Positions 25,621 to 39,511 are shown, counted from the stretch's first letter. The stretch: 64,000 bases of DNA from Octopus sinensis (GCF_006345805.1 NC_042999.1:168516001-168580000), one strand, 5' to 3'. The notes: generated by a model not told the origin, from the sequence alone. A program made the numbers and translations.

Positions 25621-27129
25621 TTGACAAGCTTATAGTACCATAAGCTTTTCAACCCACATACTGTGTGGGTTTGAATGTGCCTCAAGCATATTTGCACTGG
25701 TAACACATCTGTATGTATACACATTGCTGTTGTAGCAATATTGTTTTCTTCATTGCTATCTTCACTGTTTGAGAAAAATATTAAGAATGATCTCGTTTGA
25801 GATTACAAACATCTTTGGCTAGTTTAACCTTGTTGTGTCCACTGTTCTGATTGGTTAGCATCTAAGCGCGGTCTGTCTCTCTACTTACTTTGCGCCAGTG
25901 TGTAAACTGACCAATCACGGCTTTCGGATAGGACTTTTCATTTGAGCCATCTTAACTCTTTAAATAGGCTGATCATATCACGATTCAACGTCTTTCAGCT
26001 TAAGACCTTTTAAGGTCTTGGTCGGAGACCACACAGAGCTTACTCAACCATGTTCCAGTTCAAAAGGCAGACGACAGCCAAGCCAACCATACTATGAAGA
26101 CGCTATTGTAAACCAGCGACAGACAGAACGTCATCACCAACATCGTCTGCATCTACGAAGATTTCAACTTGTACACAAGATAAATACAGATTCAACTCAT
26201 GCTGTTAGTGTGAAAATCTCACCACGGAAAAACAGTTGCAGTATATATATCTGAAAGAATATCTATATCAAGAGAAAAATATGCACAACAAGTGACTCAA
26301 CTAATCTCAGCTCTGAGACTCAAATCTCGTACAGAACTCATTATCGGGTACTACATGAACTGGTAAAATAACTTCATTTTAACTTAAAATGTTGAGACTT
26401 CTCTCATGCTCTGTTGTATTTGCATAAACCTTATTTCTGTACTTCTGTCGCACACACGAACACACAGACACATATTATAAGCATGCATTCAAGACACAAC
26501 ACTACGCTAATAATCACAAATCACTTTGTACACTGTGAATAAAATCTATCTTCTCTTTATAAAAGTAGAACGGTTTTTGGAGTCCTTATTTCATATACTT
26601 TGGCACTGTTTATAAACATGTATTATGGCTTATATAACATTATATTATATTATATAACATTATGATATTTTATGTTGGGATGCGGCCATGTGCTGTTGTA
26701 CAAGAGGAGAAATAGGTCACCGAAACCCCTCACGTACGGTCGTATTCTAACACTGTAATCCTGTAGTTTATGTATGACAAGTTGCTGAATAGTATGACCA
26801 GTCACTGAATGATGATGAGAACATCATAAGAGGAACCTCTCTCTCATGTCAGTTCACCATGTCTGCCTTCCTGGTCTCCATTGCTTAAGAGGAGATAATC
26901 ACTCCAAAATACATACATCCAACAATCTGGTTAGGTAATGCTCTGAACTGATATAGTAAACTTACACCTATCTCTCTACAGCAAGAAATATTTTCCATGA
27001 TAAAATATAGTGAATGGCTATCTTACGGATTCAAATATGCTTCAGGTATACTTGAACTGGTAACAAGTTTGTATTTCACTGCTTATCATTGTTACCCCAT
27101 GTGTATATGTATCTATTTATCTACCTACC

Positions 27130-27172
<43 letters not shown>

Positions 27173-27228
27173 TCCGAGTTGTTGATTTGAATGTTAAGAA
27201 CATTAAGCTATTAGAATTTATCTTCTGA

Positions 27229-27391
27229 CTCTCTTTACTCTTTTACTTGTTTCAGTCATTTGACTGTGGCCATGCTGGAGCACCACCTTTAATCGAGCAA
27301 CTCGACCCCAGGACTTATTCTTTGTAAGCCCAATACTTATTCTATCGGCCTCTTTTTGCCGAACCGCTAAGTGACGGGGACGTAAACACAC
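27229..27391 (-). mobile_element. SINE family A, 3' half
   Basis: Homologous to the other family A copies. Confidence 0.8.
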
Positions 27392-27644
27392 TGAGCCCAA
27401 CAGATAAGATGATAAAGAACTGGGATCTCTTGTACAAAAAGACTTAGCCTCCACAGCAACATTGAGTTCTGGAAGTGCTATATTTTGGGTTCTCTACCCA
27501 TTACAGTGACTTGCTACCCTCATGCACTATGTATATCTGTTTCTCCTCCCTTTCTCTTGTCCTTCTCCCACCAGCAACTGTATCAGCTTGGCTACTTGCT
27601 GCCCCCATTCTTCTGCATCCCTCTATCATCCCCAGCTCATAACT

Positions 27645-27850
27645 CTTTGAGAGAAAAATTGGGTATAAGCGGCATCAGATGTAGTGTGCAAGAGAGAAGA
27701 CTGCATTGATATGGTCATGTAATGCATTTGAATGAGGACAGCTGTGTAAAGAAGTGCTGATCTCTAACTGTAGAGAGAACATGTGGAAGGGGTAGACCCA
27801 GGGAGACATGGGATGAAGTGGTGAGAAAGGATATACAGATGTTGGGACTC
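27645..27850 (+). mobile_element. RTE LINE C-terminal fragment
   Basis: REKLGISGIRCSVQERRLH...GRGRPRETWDEVV; same family as 61467-62440. Confidence 0.75.
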
Positions 27851-28659
27851 TGTGAGTCCCAATGTCTGTAGATTCTTTTTACAGGGAACCAAGACTCCTT
27901 GCAGTTTGCTGTGCTTGAAAAGAATGCCAAGAAAAGTAAAAACATGGTTGTTCTAGCATTCAGGCAAAAAACTCCAAAAAAACAGAAGAAAACATAAAAA
28001 ACAAAAGAGAATCACTCAAAAAGTTTGATTAACTATAATTATCCTTGCAGCTTGAAGACAAAAACCTCCCTGACATCAGATAATCCAAATTTTGAAGAAA
28101 TGGAGATATTACAGTGGATCTTGTCTTTAAAACGAAGTGGTTAAGGCAATGAGCACTTCAATCATGTTGGATCTCAGCAGCAAAGCAGATTCACCACTGC
28201 TACACAGACTACCTATGTGAGGTGTTTCCCAATCAGTGTCACTATTTCCCCTCTATTGATCACTTCTAAGTCTAGCCAAAAGAGGTAAATATGTTTCACT
28301 GATGAGATCTAACAGAACTGAAACATATCCATTGCTTTCACTTGTAGGTTTTAAACATCAGATCTACTAAACAATCTACTCCGAACTGCATTGTCTATAT
28401 TCCCTAAAAGTTTGAATTTAGTTGCAATTTTGAAAACCTGTTTTAGATTTTTAACATTAGATGAAGTTTTGTTTTCTAATTCTACAGATTATCTCAGTTA
28501 ATTGAAGTTTTTCAACATCATATTACATATGAGAGATTCTATCCTATGTGTAGAATAACCTTAGGTATATTCAGCCCTAGTGTTAATATTCATAATTTGA
28601 ACTACTAGAAGTTGACTTTAATATTAGTTACAACCATTGGTGATGATATTGAGAGTATA

Positions 28660-29558
28660 CAAGAGGGTACCCAAAAATAACTGAAAATGTCCTGTGGGAC
28701 AAGCCCATTGTAGTTCAGGCTTCTGCTGCTAGCAGCCACTTGATGTGACCCCCAGGCATCAGTCTGCTGACTGGCAGTATGACATACAAAGTCGTGCTGC
28801 CACGTGGTGTGTCTTTGTTTTGCAGTGCTTTTCCCCTGTTCCTTAACTTTTGCAATGGCTGAAATGAAGGAACAGTATGCTTCTGTGAAATTCTGTTTTC
28901 TGCTGGGGAAAATAGGGGCTAAAACAGTTGTCATGCTTCAAAAAGCTTACAAAGCTGCTGTCATAAGCAAAACACAAGTTTATGAGAGTGGTTTCCATAC
29001 TTTAGGAATGGTTACTTGTTGCTTGAAAACCAACCTTATTCAGGAAGACCATTGACATTCGGAATGAATGAAAACGTCATGAAAATTCATGAATTGATCT
29101 TGGAGGACCGTTACTGAACAATTGACAAACTTGTTGATATGACTGGTATGTCCTGGAGCTCCTGCCAAGGAATTTTGAGCAAGGAATTGCAAATGAAAAA
29201 AGTTGCAGCAAAATTTGTGTCTCTCTTGCTCACGGAAGATCAAAAGCAGTCATGACAGAATGCATGTCGTGAACTGAAAGAACAGTTGGAAGTTGATCTG
29301 GACCTTCTTTCAAAGGTCATCACCGGTGATGGAAGCTGGTGCTATGGAATTTGCAGATGTGGGAGAGGTGAAGAAAAGAACAATGGAGGCATCACTTTAC
29401 AAGAGTTCCAGGATTGCTTCAAATAGTGGAAAACGTGTCTGGACTGATGCATTCCTTCAAATGGAGAATACTTTGGAGGGGATAAAAGTGTAAACATGTA
29501 AAACTAAGTGAAGAAAATAATATTGTAAAATTCTAGTTTCTTTTTAGTACCCATCTCG
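28660..29558 (+). mobile_element. Internally deleted mariner (irritans-like)
   Basis: Degenerate TIRs with TA flanks; EQYASVKFCFLLGK HTH; GDGSWCY motif. Confidence 0.82.
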
Positions 29559-29579
29559 TAAATAACAAGTCAAGTTTAA

Positions 29580-29798
29580 CCCTTTAGTGTTCAGATTATT
29601 CTATCAAACATAATGCTTATTGATTCCCATTGATTTGAATTAATCATGCATTATCTCATATCTTCAAGATCTTGATGGTGTAATTACTTAATGTAGAATA
29701 ACATTGTAGGGTAGGTGTGAGAGCCTGGATCTGGTCAGTTTGAACATAAAACAGATTAAATATTTTGGCCGGATATGGCCGGTTTAAATACTAAAGGG
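29580..29798. mobile_element. piggyBac-type MITE
   Basis: TTAA TSD on both sides; TIR ccctttagt / actaaaggg. Confidence 0.8.
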
Positions 29799-29946
29799 TT
29801 AAATGCTTTACAATAAATAGTTGTGTAGTTCACTATTTGAAATTCAAACCATGCAGGGTTGATATTTATCAGCTCTTAGTGTTGATAACATTAATCAGTT
29901 ATGTTGACTCAGCAATACTAGTTAAAAGATATTATTCAGTACAAAC

Positions 29947-30214
29947 CCATTGGTGGTGGTGGAGGTGGTGGACCTCCTACTGGAGGTGGGGGCGGTGGTG
30001 GAGGTGGTGGTAAAGATGGTCCATTTTGAGCATTTAGATGATTCTTGGAAACATTTTGAGGCAAAGATAGAGGAATGGTACGATTTGTGATAAGATTGCT
30101 GTTTGATTTGAAGCCTAATGAAGCAGATGAAAAGTCCATTTTTGCATCATCAGGTAAGCTTCCTGTTGAGACCATATATTGCAATTTCTTCTTTTCGGCA
30201 CATTCATTCTCCAA
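29947..30214 (-). CDS. DAAM: DAAM exon (linker + FH1): LENECAEKKKLQ...LPPPPPPPPPPVGGPPPPPPPM(A)
   Basis: tttgctattag / gtttgt; 268 nt, phase 0-1; this donor is the one that matches the phase-1 acceptor of the next exon. Confidence 0.9.
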
Positions 30215-31185
30215 CTAATAGCAAAAAATAGAAGAGAGAAATGAAAATGAATTAAAAATATAATATTTTGGTAAGATTTGTGTATTTAATCCACCACATC
30301 CATAAACATTCTATACTGAATAAAAAAAAAAGGTCATTTAAAAGAATTATAGATGTTTGAGAAAACAATGTACTGATGTTATTGACATTTTTATTATTGG
30401 ATTGTCTGAGGAGTGGTGCTCAATTGTTTTTACAGATCTTCCTAGATGAGAAGAGGTTAATATAGTTGTTATTTAGTTTGAACTCTACTGGTAGTATTAC
30501 TAATACTTTACTATGTGCCTGGAAATCATAAATGTTACTAGCTGAGTAAATAGTTATTCCTGTAAGTAGGGGGTGGAGTGACAATGTTTAACTGATAATG
30601 GTTTCATTAGTTTTCAATGCTGAACTCAGGTCTACATTAGGGGCCCGGAGAAGGAAATGGGAACTGGCACCAATTTATCTTCTTGTGCATGATTCTGTAG
30701 CACCTAAATGACTGAATGGGCTATGATGACATCTTCCTCCTCCTCCTCTAACATATGTTTTCCATGCTGGAAAACAGATGTTAAAGGAGGAGGAGTGTTC
30801 TGGGTGTTTTTTACATGGCACCAGCAAGGGTGCTTTTACACTGTGCTGGTACAGATGCTATTATGTGGTACTGGTACTGGTGCTTTCTATATGGTGCTGG
30901 CAAAGGTGTATTTTATGTGGCACCAGCACAGGGCTCTTGAAAGCCAACCCTCTTCAGTAGGAGTAGTGGCATTAACACTTCTGCTGTGGAGGATGGGTTT
31001 TCTTGAATATAGCAAGGCTATATACCATAAAATTACCTGAGTCAGGAAATCTAAGAAGGTTTGGATATAGATATGCATTTTACCTATTATCAATAGCTGT
31101 TCAATATCTTTTTAGAAAAATAGATAAAAATTAAAATACAAATACAATTTTGCATTAAATTCAGGAAAGAAATGTAGCATTTTAC

Positions 31186-31308
31186 CTGAGCCTGTAGTTC
31201 ATGGATTAAGGAACTCATATCTGAAATATTTTGTTTTGTTTCCTGATGGTTTGTAATTTCTTTCTCAAGTTTAGTCTTCATTTTGTTCACTGTTGATATT
31301 AGTTCCTC
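31186..31308 (-). CDS. DAAM: DAAM exon (coiled coil): EELISTVNKMKTKLEKEITNHQETKQNISDMSSLIHELQAQ
   Basis: ctctttcag / gtaaaa; 123 nt, phase 0-0. Confidence 0.92.
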
Positions 31309-32407
31309 CTGAAAGAGACAAATGGATAGATATCTCAACAAATTTACTCATATATTCATAGCCACATTCATTCAATACTGTTTTAAATAAGCAAAACTAT
31401 ACAAAACTTCTTTTATTATATAAAACCATTTTTATGAATTAATTTTATCTTTAGAGATGGACTTTTTATATATTTATGTCCACACTGCTTCAAATGGTTT
31501 AGTTTCTGATTGTCATCAGGTGTCTTATTCTTGGATGTGTACATCGATAATACTAGACTGGTTTCAAACAAGGAAACTTTATTTCTAAACTAAGAGTAAT
31601 AACATTCTTATCAACCTGGTCAGTGATGCATTTAAAGATTAGATGAGGTAAATAGGGGAAAAAATAATCTTAATAATTCAGCTTAGCCACTCAGACATTT
31701 AGTTAGTTACATTTGTGGGATCCAGCATAAAGCATAACCAGTATTTCTTCACCCATTAGTCATCTTTTAAGCCCAGATAGCATGGCTGGGGGCGTCTTTT
31801 GGGTTTGCTATATAAGACTATAGGATTGAGGCAAACTCAAGGGTTTTCCCTAGTGGCACACACTCTAGCTATGCCACTGACAAATTGCTACCAGTACAGA
31901 TGTCAGCTCATTTGTGATCTACCATTCATGCACATTAGCATTACACATCCACTCTCACCAGATAATGGTTGTTTCATTTCTTTTCTGTTTCCATAAATCC
32001 TTTGCCACTACTACTGCTAATCAGGTCACTTAAGTAACAGAAGTAGTCAACTACATTTGGATAAAATATTTCAACTGAAAATATCATCAGTCGAAATATT
32101 TTGTTCTAGGATGCTACAACTATTACACTGCATAGCACCTATTACATATGAAGAAGTTCTGTGGTAGATCCTATGCACCTTTAGTGCACTCATATCTTTT
32201 ATTGGGTACAGGGTATAGAGTTTTTACTTAACCCATCTTAATTGGCATGCAAACTATAAGGTACATCTTTGCTAGGATGACATTTAGGACATACAACTGT
32301 ATACTTTGCATCCAGGTTTGGGGCTTTTTATTTAAGTTTTCAACTATTTCTTTTATGAAAACCAGTGATACATTTGGCAAATCAATTATATAGTAATTTT
32401 TTCAAAC

Positions 32408-32534
32408 CTTTTCTTGTGTCTTTGCATCACATTCACGTTCTTTCTTTTGCATTTTTAAATTCAAATCATCATTTGCTTTCTCAATTTCTCGCATTTTCTG
32501 TTGAAAGGATTTTATGTCATTTTCACAGGCAATC
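32408..32534 (-). CDS. DAAM: DAAM exon (coiled coil): IACENDIKSFQQKMREIEKANDDLNLKMQKKERECDAKTQEK
   Basis: Read by hand; atccctcctag / gtttga; 127 nt, phase 2-0; KKERECDAKTQEK matches DAAM1. Confidence 0.93.
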
Positions 32535-33401
32535 CTAGGAGGGATAAAATATGGCAATCAGAATAAGAATGCAAACTTACATATGAAAGAATATCTCAAA
32601 ATTATCCTTCAGTTGGGCAAGTTGATGGGGAGTCAGCCTCCTTGCTAAAGAATCAATGATTTAAACACTACTATTGCTTTCCTCAAATTTTTCTTTGTTC
32701 ATCCCTTTCTTACATTTGTTGATGTTATTGTTGTTAGAACAATATCATAATTTCACAACAGTTTTTAAAAGCTGGAAACTGCGCCTATCCAGCTGTGTTT
32801 TTTTTTCCTTGGAGTCAGTTCCTACCAACCTGGTTTTTTAAGAACCAATCTATTTTCTTTTAAAGCTTGATTTGCTCACTAATTATTCTATCTGCTATAA
32901 TTAAACATTCTTTAGGAAACAGGGTTAATGTAAGTTATTTGCAGATTAACAAATTATTTCCTTCAACAAGCTTGATGGGTATAAAAAATTGTTTAGTGAT
33001 TATCTTGATATTCTAATTGATAGTCACTAAGCCTTACATTTCATTGTAGAGGTAACACTAGAAGGCTTTTTTCTTCATATAGAGAATATTCTTATAGAGA
33101 CCACTCTATACAGAAAAATCATACACAAAACTGAAAGGAAAAAAAATACGTACCACTTCTGTAGCTCTTACTGCTTGCATGGTATAAAGCTTTAAAGGTA
33201 TAATAAATGGACCGAAAAATTTAAGAAGCAAGTATGGGAGTGCAGCATTAGTAATCTATGAACCTTTTGTAACCTGCCACTATAAATTCAGCTCTTAGAA
33301 TATAGAAAAACCATAATTAAAAAAACATTAAAATGTACTACAATTTATTAAATACTGATTATAAAAATTAACTGTTTGTATCAATAAATTAAATAACTTA
33401 C

Positions 33402-33537
33402 TGTCGAATTATATGAGTAAAGTTGATCTCTACTGGAGCTAGATCAGGATCTTTACCATTCTTTTCCTGCAGTACCATTTGTTGGACAACTCTGTCTATA
33501 ATCAACCACTGGCTAGCACATTTACTAGAGTTATTAT
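33402..33537 (-). CDS. DAAM: DAAM exon (FH3): NNSSKCASQWLIIDRVVQQMVLQEKNGKDPDLAPVEINFTHIIR(Q)
   Basis: Read by hand; atttttttag / gtaagt; 136 nt, phase 1-2; aligns to DAAM1 WLLLDRIIQQIVIQNDKGQDPD. Confidence 0.93.
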
Positions 33538-33687
33538 CTAAAAAAATTCAAAAGATATTACAGAAAACAAATACAAATATTACAAAGGTGGAAACTGCAC
33601 CCCTTCATCAGTTGGACACCTCAACTTTCACATAAGAAAGATTATAGTTTTGGTGAAACAAAATTTGATGAATCAGTTTAGACAATT

Positions 33688-33719
<32 letters not shown>

Positions 33720-34117
33720 ATATAAGCTTATTACATACATATATTTCTAGACATGCTAGAAATAATAGCTAAATCTCCCTCAAATCATATCCTAGCATTT
33801 TAAAAAAGAACACTGGGTAATGTACTTCTATGCCTGAAAATAGTTGTAATGTTCATAAGTCATTTTGATTAGGGCTTATTTCAATCAAGACTGCTACAGA
33901 TAGCTGAATCACCGAACCCACTCTTTACTGGTGTGGTTGCTTTTATTAAATAAATTCAAATCAGCTCAAAATTGATAGATACATTTCTTTGAGGACAAAT
34001 AAAAGTGTTGGAAGCTTACACTAGAAATAAAGATTCCAAGTTCAGTTCAAGCCTAAAGAAATGTACATCTGTAGAAATATAGCACTTGAGAAAGGTCAAA
34101 AAACAGGTTAAGGATAT

Positions 34118-34320
34118 ACTCTTTTTACTCTTTTACTTGTTTCAGTCATTTGACTGCGGCCATGCTGGAGCACCACCTTTAGTCGAGCAAATCGACCCCG
34201 GGACTTATTCTTTGTAAGCCCAGTACTTATTCTATCGGTCTCTTTTGCCGAACCGCTAAGTGACGGGGACGTAAACACACCAGCATCGGTTGTCAAGCAA
34301 TGCTAGGGGGACAAACATAG

Positions 34321-34363
<43 letters not shown>

Positions 34364-34528
34364 TACGATGGGCTTCTTTCAGTTTCCGTCTACCAAATCC
34401 ACTCACAAGGCATTGGTCGGCCCGGGGCCATAGCAGAAAACACTTGCCCAAGATGCCACGCAGTGGGACTGAACCTGGAACCATGTGGTTGGTTAGCAAG
34501 CTACTTACCACACAGCCACTCCTGCGCC
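34118..34528 (-). mobile_element. SINE family A, full length
   Basis: 5' end ggcgcaggagtggctgtgtggt (box A-like), box B-like ggttcagtccc. Confidence 0.9.
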
Positions 34529-34625
34529 TATATGTTGACTAAATATGCAAACAAAAGATGAGATTAATGAAGAAAACCTACATTAAGATGTTTAATATAG
34601 CAGAATATCATAAGTTAAGGCTTAA

Positions 34626-34846
34626 CCCTTTCGTTACTGTATTTATTTTGAGATTCTCAGTGTTTCTCTCAATTATTTTAGATATAACAAAGAATTTAGT
34701 AAAATAACTAAGTTATCATTAAACTAGTGTTAGGAACATAAATTGTGACTTAAGTTTGGTGGAAGATTTTAATTCAAAACTTATGAAAACAAGACATTTG
34801 TACTACAGAGCCAGAGGCGGTTTTGGCCGGGTTGGTAACAAAAGGG
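34626..34846. mobile_element. piggyBac-type MITE, second family
   Basis: TTAA TSD; TIR ccctttcgttac / gtaacaaaaggg; a truncated relative starts at 52741. Confidence 0.8.
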
Positions 34847-35149
34847 TTAAATATTTGTTCTTTAACTTTAGCAGCTCAGAGTAAAGGTACGTGTTATAGG
34901 GGTTGGGATACTGAGCTGACGATCATTAGGTGAGAGGTTAGAATCAAGAACTGGATAACATGCTATGGACTCAAGCAAGGTACATTATTTTGTGTTGTCT
35001 ACTCAATTCAAACAAACTATTATAAGTCAGGAGTTATCCATTTGCAAGAAGGAGGCATGTACTCACTTAAAATATTTGGGAGTCCAGATGAGCTCTGGTT
35101 TCATTACTCATGTTGGCTCAAAGTAAGACTCTTCATTTTAGAAGCTTAT

Positions 35150-35446
35150 CAACCAACTGAACACCTTTTTGATCTCCATGTGTCCAACACACGTGGACAT
35201 GCCTACAAAGTCAGAAAACAACACAGCTCCCATGACTTTCGGAAACATTTTTTCACGCTCAGAGTTGCTGAAGCATGGAATAAACTGCCTGCGTCAGTTG
35301 TTGACTGCCATGACACTGCATCCTTTAAGGCCCTCATGCTTTCCGAAATCCGCCGAAACTACACCTGATTATATATACACTTTAGATGAGTTGTAGTGCA
35401 CCTGAGCACTGTACACAATTATTATTATTATTATTATTATTATTGT
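35150..35446 (+). mobile_element. CR1 LINE 3' end
   Basis: NTRGHAYK...FFTLRVAEAWNKLP; (ATT)n tail. Confidence 0.82.
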
Positions 35447-35533
35447 TATACAGTAAAAACATAAATTCAGGTTTTGAACCTTTTCATTTGGCTAACGATA
35501 CATATGCTAGTGGAACAAGGAAGGAATGCTTAC

Positions 35534-35651
35534 ATGGCATAAGTAGCATGTGCTGTAAAATAGACATCAAACTTGAATAGGCTAACGATAATGCTAATTT
35601 CTTCCGCAGCAGCTCAAACATATTTGTTGCACTTCTTGTATCAATGTGCAC
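35534..35651 (-). CDS. DAAM: DAAM exon (FH3): VHIDTRSATNMFELLRKKLALSLAYSSLMSILQHMLLMP(Y)
   Basis: tttatgcacag / gtaagc; 118 nt, phase 0-1. Confidence 0.94.
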
Positions 35652-36262
35652 CTGTGCATAAATAGAAACACAAAACATGAAGAAAGGACATCCATAAATG
35701 CATCCATATTTCAAATAAATCTCAAAATAATCACTGAGAACGTGTGCAAACAGAACAAATCAATTTGAAAAAATGAGAAAATAAGAGACAAACTCAATGG
35801 AAATGCAATAGAATTAGAGAGACAATTTATTTATGGTAAATAAAATAGAATAGATAATATAGAAATATTTCAAATTAACATTTTGAAGAAATTCCAATAT
35901 AATCACTGTTAAGAGCTTAAATGCTTATGGTTGGTATGTTGTAAGAATTAACTGAGGGTCATAGTTGTTAATGAGCTACAAACATTTCTGGTTTCTGATT
36001 CAACTTAGACATAGGCATCTTTTATCTATATGGGACAATCCATTTGTAGTGATGGATGTTCAAACTGAGAACATTCCCTGTTGTTACTCTCCAAATCATA
36101 TGGTACACCAGTTATTTATTAATATTATGAGTGGGATCCATAGAAATTCCATGGTGTAAGTCAAAATATTCAAAAAACATTCTATTAATATATGAAACAT
36201 AGGCAAAGAATTTTTAAAAATTCGTTTGAAATCCATTTCATCTCTATTATATATAATCAAAA

Positions 36263-36975
36263 CTAGCAAACGCACCCGTGTTTTGGACGGTTTAACCTAG
36301 GAACGGAAAATCAAACTGAAGGCTAGTTATTGTGAAGGTCGTTGCACTCTGATTATCAAAGAACATATAAGTTTGCAAGCGATGTAAAGTAGAGCTACTG
36401 AAGTGTTTTGGGAGTAGATTACGGATAATGACTACAAAATATAGTTTTACATGAAAGTGAAATTTCTTGTCAGAAACAGCCACATAAATGGTGTAAAGAA
36501 ATTGAAGGAAGATGTTGAAACTTCCCTTCTGTGAGTTATTTTTTTTCAACAGCAAAGGGAGCTATTTTTTTCGGAGAAAGCCCCTTTATTCTATCTTCCC
36601 ACATAGCGTGCACATAAACTAACAGCGAATGCTGCATAAAGTTAAATTGGTAAGGAGCTTCCTGAAAGATACTTATAGCTTTCACTAGTGGAAGCAAAAC
36701 ACTTATTTAAAGGTTGATTCTTTGGGACGAGTCATATGTGAGTGTTTAGAAAAGGCCAGAATGACAATGCTAAAACCTATTTGAAACAATGGACAGCAGT
36801 CGAAATATCATAATGGCTGGGTAAAGAAACATCCTTAAAGTGAAACAATGGTATAAAAGGTAAAAAAAAAAAGGTATCAACAATCAGAAGAGAGGGAAGG
36901 GAACATCACCTTTCAAGTAACTCCGAATAGGTAAAGGTAATCTTGCCAAAGTTTAATGCAGTTTTAATATGTAGA
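36263..36975 (-). mobile_element. Probable non-autonomous Helitron
   Basis: Minus strand A|TCTACATATTAAAAC...ccgtccaaaacacgg hairpin...CTAG|T; pairing of the two ends is inferred. Confidence 0.5.
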
Positions 36976-39089
36976 TTAAGATAGTTTGGTATTGGATATT
37001 CATCATGTATAGTTTTCCTAGTCAACTGAATCACCGTCGTAAGTGGAGAGCAGAAATAAATTGACGAAATCCTTTCACTTTTATATAAAGATTAAAAAGA
37101 AAATGAGGGCAAAAAGCACTTGTTTTTTCACAATGAAAAATCATTTCCTAGTAGCTGGAATTTTGCGACAAAATGTATGTTTATTAAGCACAACAGCCTG
37201 CTGGGCATTAAAAGCCAATCGCACAAACCTAGAGGGGTTTGTATTGCGTTCTGTCTATCACTATACAAATCCATCATTTTTTGCTAAAATGTCGTATTGA
37301 CGAGGTTCGTTTTTTTCACTTTCCCGAAGAGAAGATTGCATTGTTTATACCATTTATTCTTTTGAATAGTATCAGTGGAATTTTCGAAACATGTGTCGAA
37401 AGTAAAAATATTTGTTTACACCTGCGTTAACTCCATTTTTTATTCATATTATTCAAATATTCAACGTAAACACGAAGTTTCTACCTTTATAAACAAGGAG
37501 TTACAACACCTTTACTTGTGAGATTTTTGCTGCCCTGGTAACTATTTATTTATTTTTCCGTGTTAATTGTTAACAAGGTAAAAATACACTCATCTATTTA
37601 TATACATATATATATATCTATATATACATATATATATATATATATATCTATTTATAAAACTGAAATGTGAAAAGTTTGTTTGTCTGGTTTTGGCATTGAG
37701 AACGGGTTAAAGGCCACTAGATCCTGTCGGATTGACTTCAAAATTTACAGGGACATGTAAAATGAGGTGAGGATGAGAGTGGGCTAGGTTAGAAATCCCC
37801 ATCTTAAAAGGTGTCGTTGCTAGGGCCAAAAACGCACTTTGACAAGTCTACTCTCATTCTTTTATGTATCTGTCTTCCTCCGTCACTCATTCTCTTTCCT
37901 CCCTTCCCATCACTTTCTATATATAACGTTTAACAGCGTCTAACTCCCCTTCACTTTCTCTTTATAACGTCATCAAAGAGCGTTCTGTATCTCCCCCTCC
38001 TCCCCGCCTTCGACAGCACTTTCACACACTCTCTCTACGTCTGTCTGCATTCATAAACAGAATTATCATCGCCACCACCACCACACAATCATGAGAACAA
38101 ATATTATGAATCAGATATTTATTGGGTTAATTTATATGTGTGTGCGTGTGTTCTATATATAAATATGTATATTAAACTTTTTAATACTTTTTGATAGTTA
38201 TATATATTTTTTTTAAAAATTATAAATTAATAATTTTCATTTTAAATTTAAATAATTTTAATTTTATATATATATGTAAATTATATTTTTATTTTTATGT
38301 TTTTGTTTATGTTTTTCACTGTTTGATTTGCCTAATAGTGGTTTTATCTCTAATTTATTTGTATACATTTGTATATATAATGCGTACACACACACACACA
38401 TAATGCTTGCCATGGTGAGTCTACTGCTGTGAGAAAGAATCACTTCAAAAATTGGTGTTTACCAATTTTCTTTTACATCAAGTTCAAAATTTTACGCCAG
38501 CCGTTAAACTGTCACTGTGTTACTGTCCGTCATTAAGAAATGCCAGCCATGGTGACTCTACTATCCTCAGATTCTATCCTTTCAAACTTTGGTTTCCAAT
38601 ATTTTTTTATTTTTATTCAGCTCACAAGTTCGTCTGTCCCTTTTAAATGTTTGTGTTTTGCTGTCTGCCTTGAAGCAGACCTTTCCGTTGCCACTGCCTG
38701 ATATTTATGATTGATCTTTCAAACTACTTTCTTTCTCAAGTTACTCAAGATCTTTTGTTGTTTATAAATGGGAGAGAGATAGATAGAGAAAAATAGAGAG
38801 TAAGAGAAAGCGAGGGAGAGTCCGAGAGAAAGGAGAGAGAAACAAACAGGGAGAATCATCATCATCATCATCGTTTAACGTCCGTTTTCCGTGCTAGCAT
38901 GGGTTGGACGGTTTGACCGGGGTCTGGGAAGCCAGGAGGCTGCACCAGGCTCCAGTCTGATCTGACAGTGTTCCTACAGCTGGATGCCCTTCCTAACGCC
39001 AAATAGGCAAAAATGTCTGGACCAACCAAATTTTGTTTTAGTTTTTTTTTTCTTCTTTTCAATAGGAACATCAATGAGAAAAATCTTAC

Positions 39090-39156
39090 CGATTCAAATT
39101 TTTTCCCAAGTTCCCGTTCGTCTTCATTTCTGACCATCTCAAAGAAATCAAGATGT
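39090..39156 (-). CDS. DAAM: DAAM exon (FH3): HLDFFEMVRNEDERELGKKFES
   Basis: aattttcag / gtaaga; 67 nt, phase 2-0. Confidence 0.94.
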
Positions 39157-39511
39157 CTGAAAATTGAAATAAAAAATGTTAACAAAATGAACACTGTTTT
39201 CTGATATTGGCACAATATTGCAAACTAGTAGAGAAGGGCTACAGTTGAAGGAACCAATTCCAGAATGTTACTAATGGTACTTTTTTTGGTCCCAGAGATA
39301 TGAAAGATGAAGTGGAATTTAAAGTTAGATTATGAAGAAACATAATTAAAAATCACAAGGTCCAATATTCAATTAATTCTGCCACTACTTGAATAAAAAA
39401 TAATAATTAACTTTAATATTGCCAGTCACAAACAAAAGGCAAGGTGTCTCCTTGGTCAGTATGTTCATGGAAGGTTAGGATCATCACCTCTCTTCAGCTC
39501 AGAATGCTCTC

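Noticed and set aside
37647-38700. Helitron-like 5' end (A|TCTATTTATAAAACTG)
   Set aside because: No matching hairpin-CTAG 3' end was found, so boundaries are unsupported.
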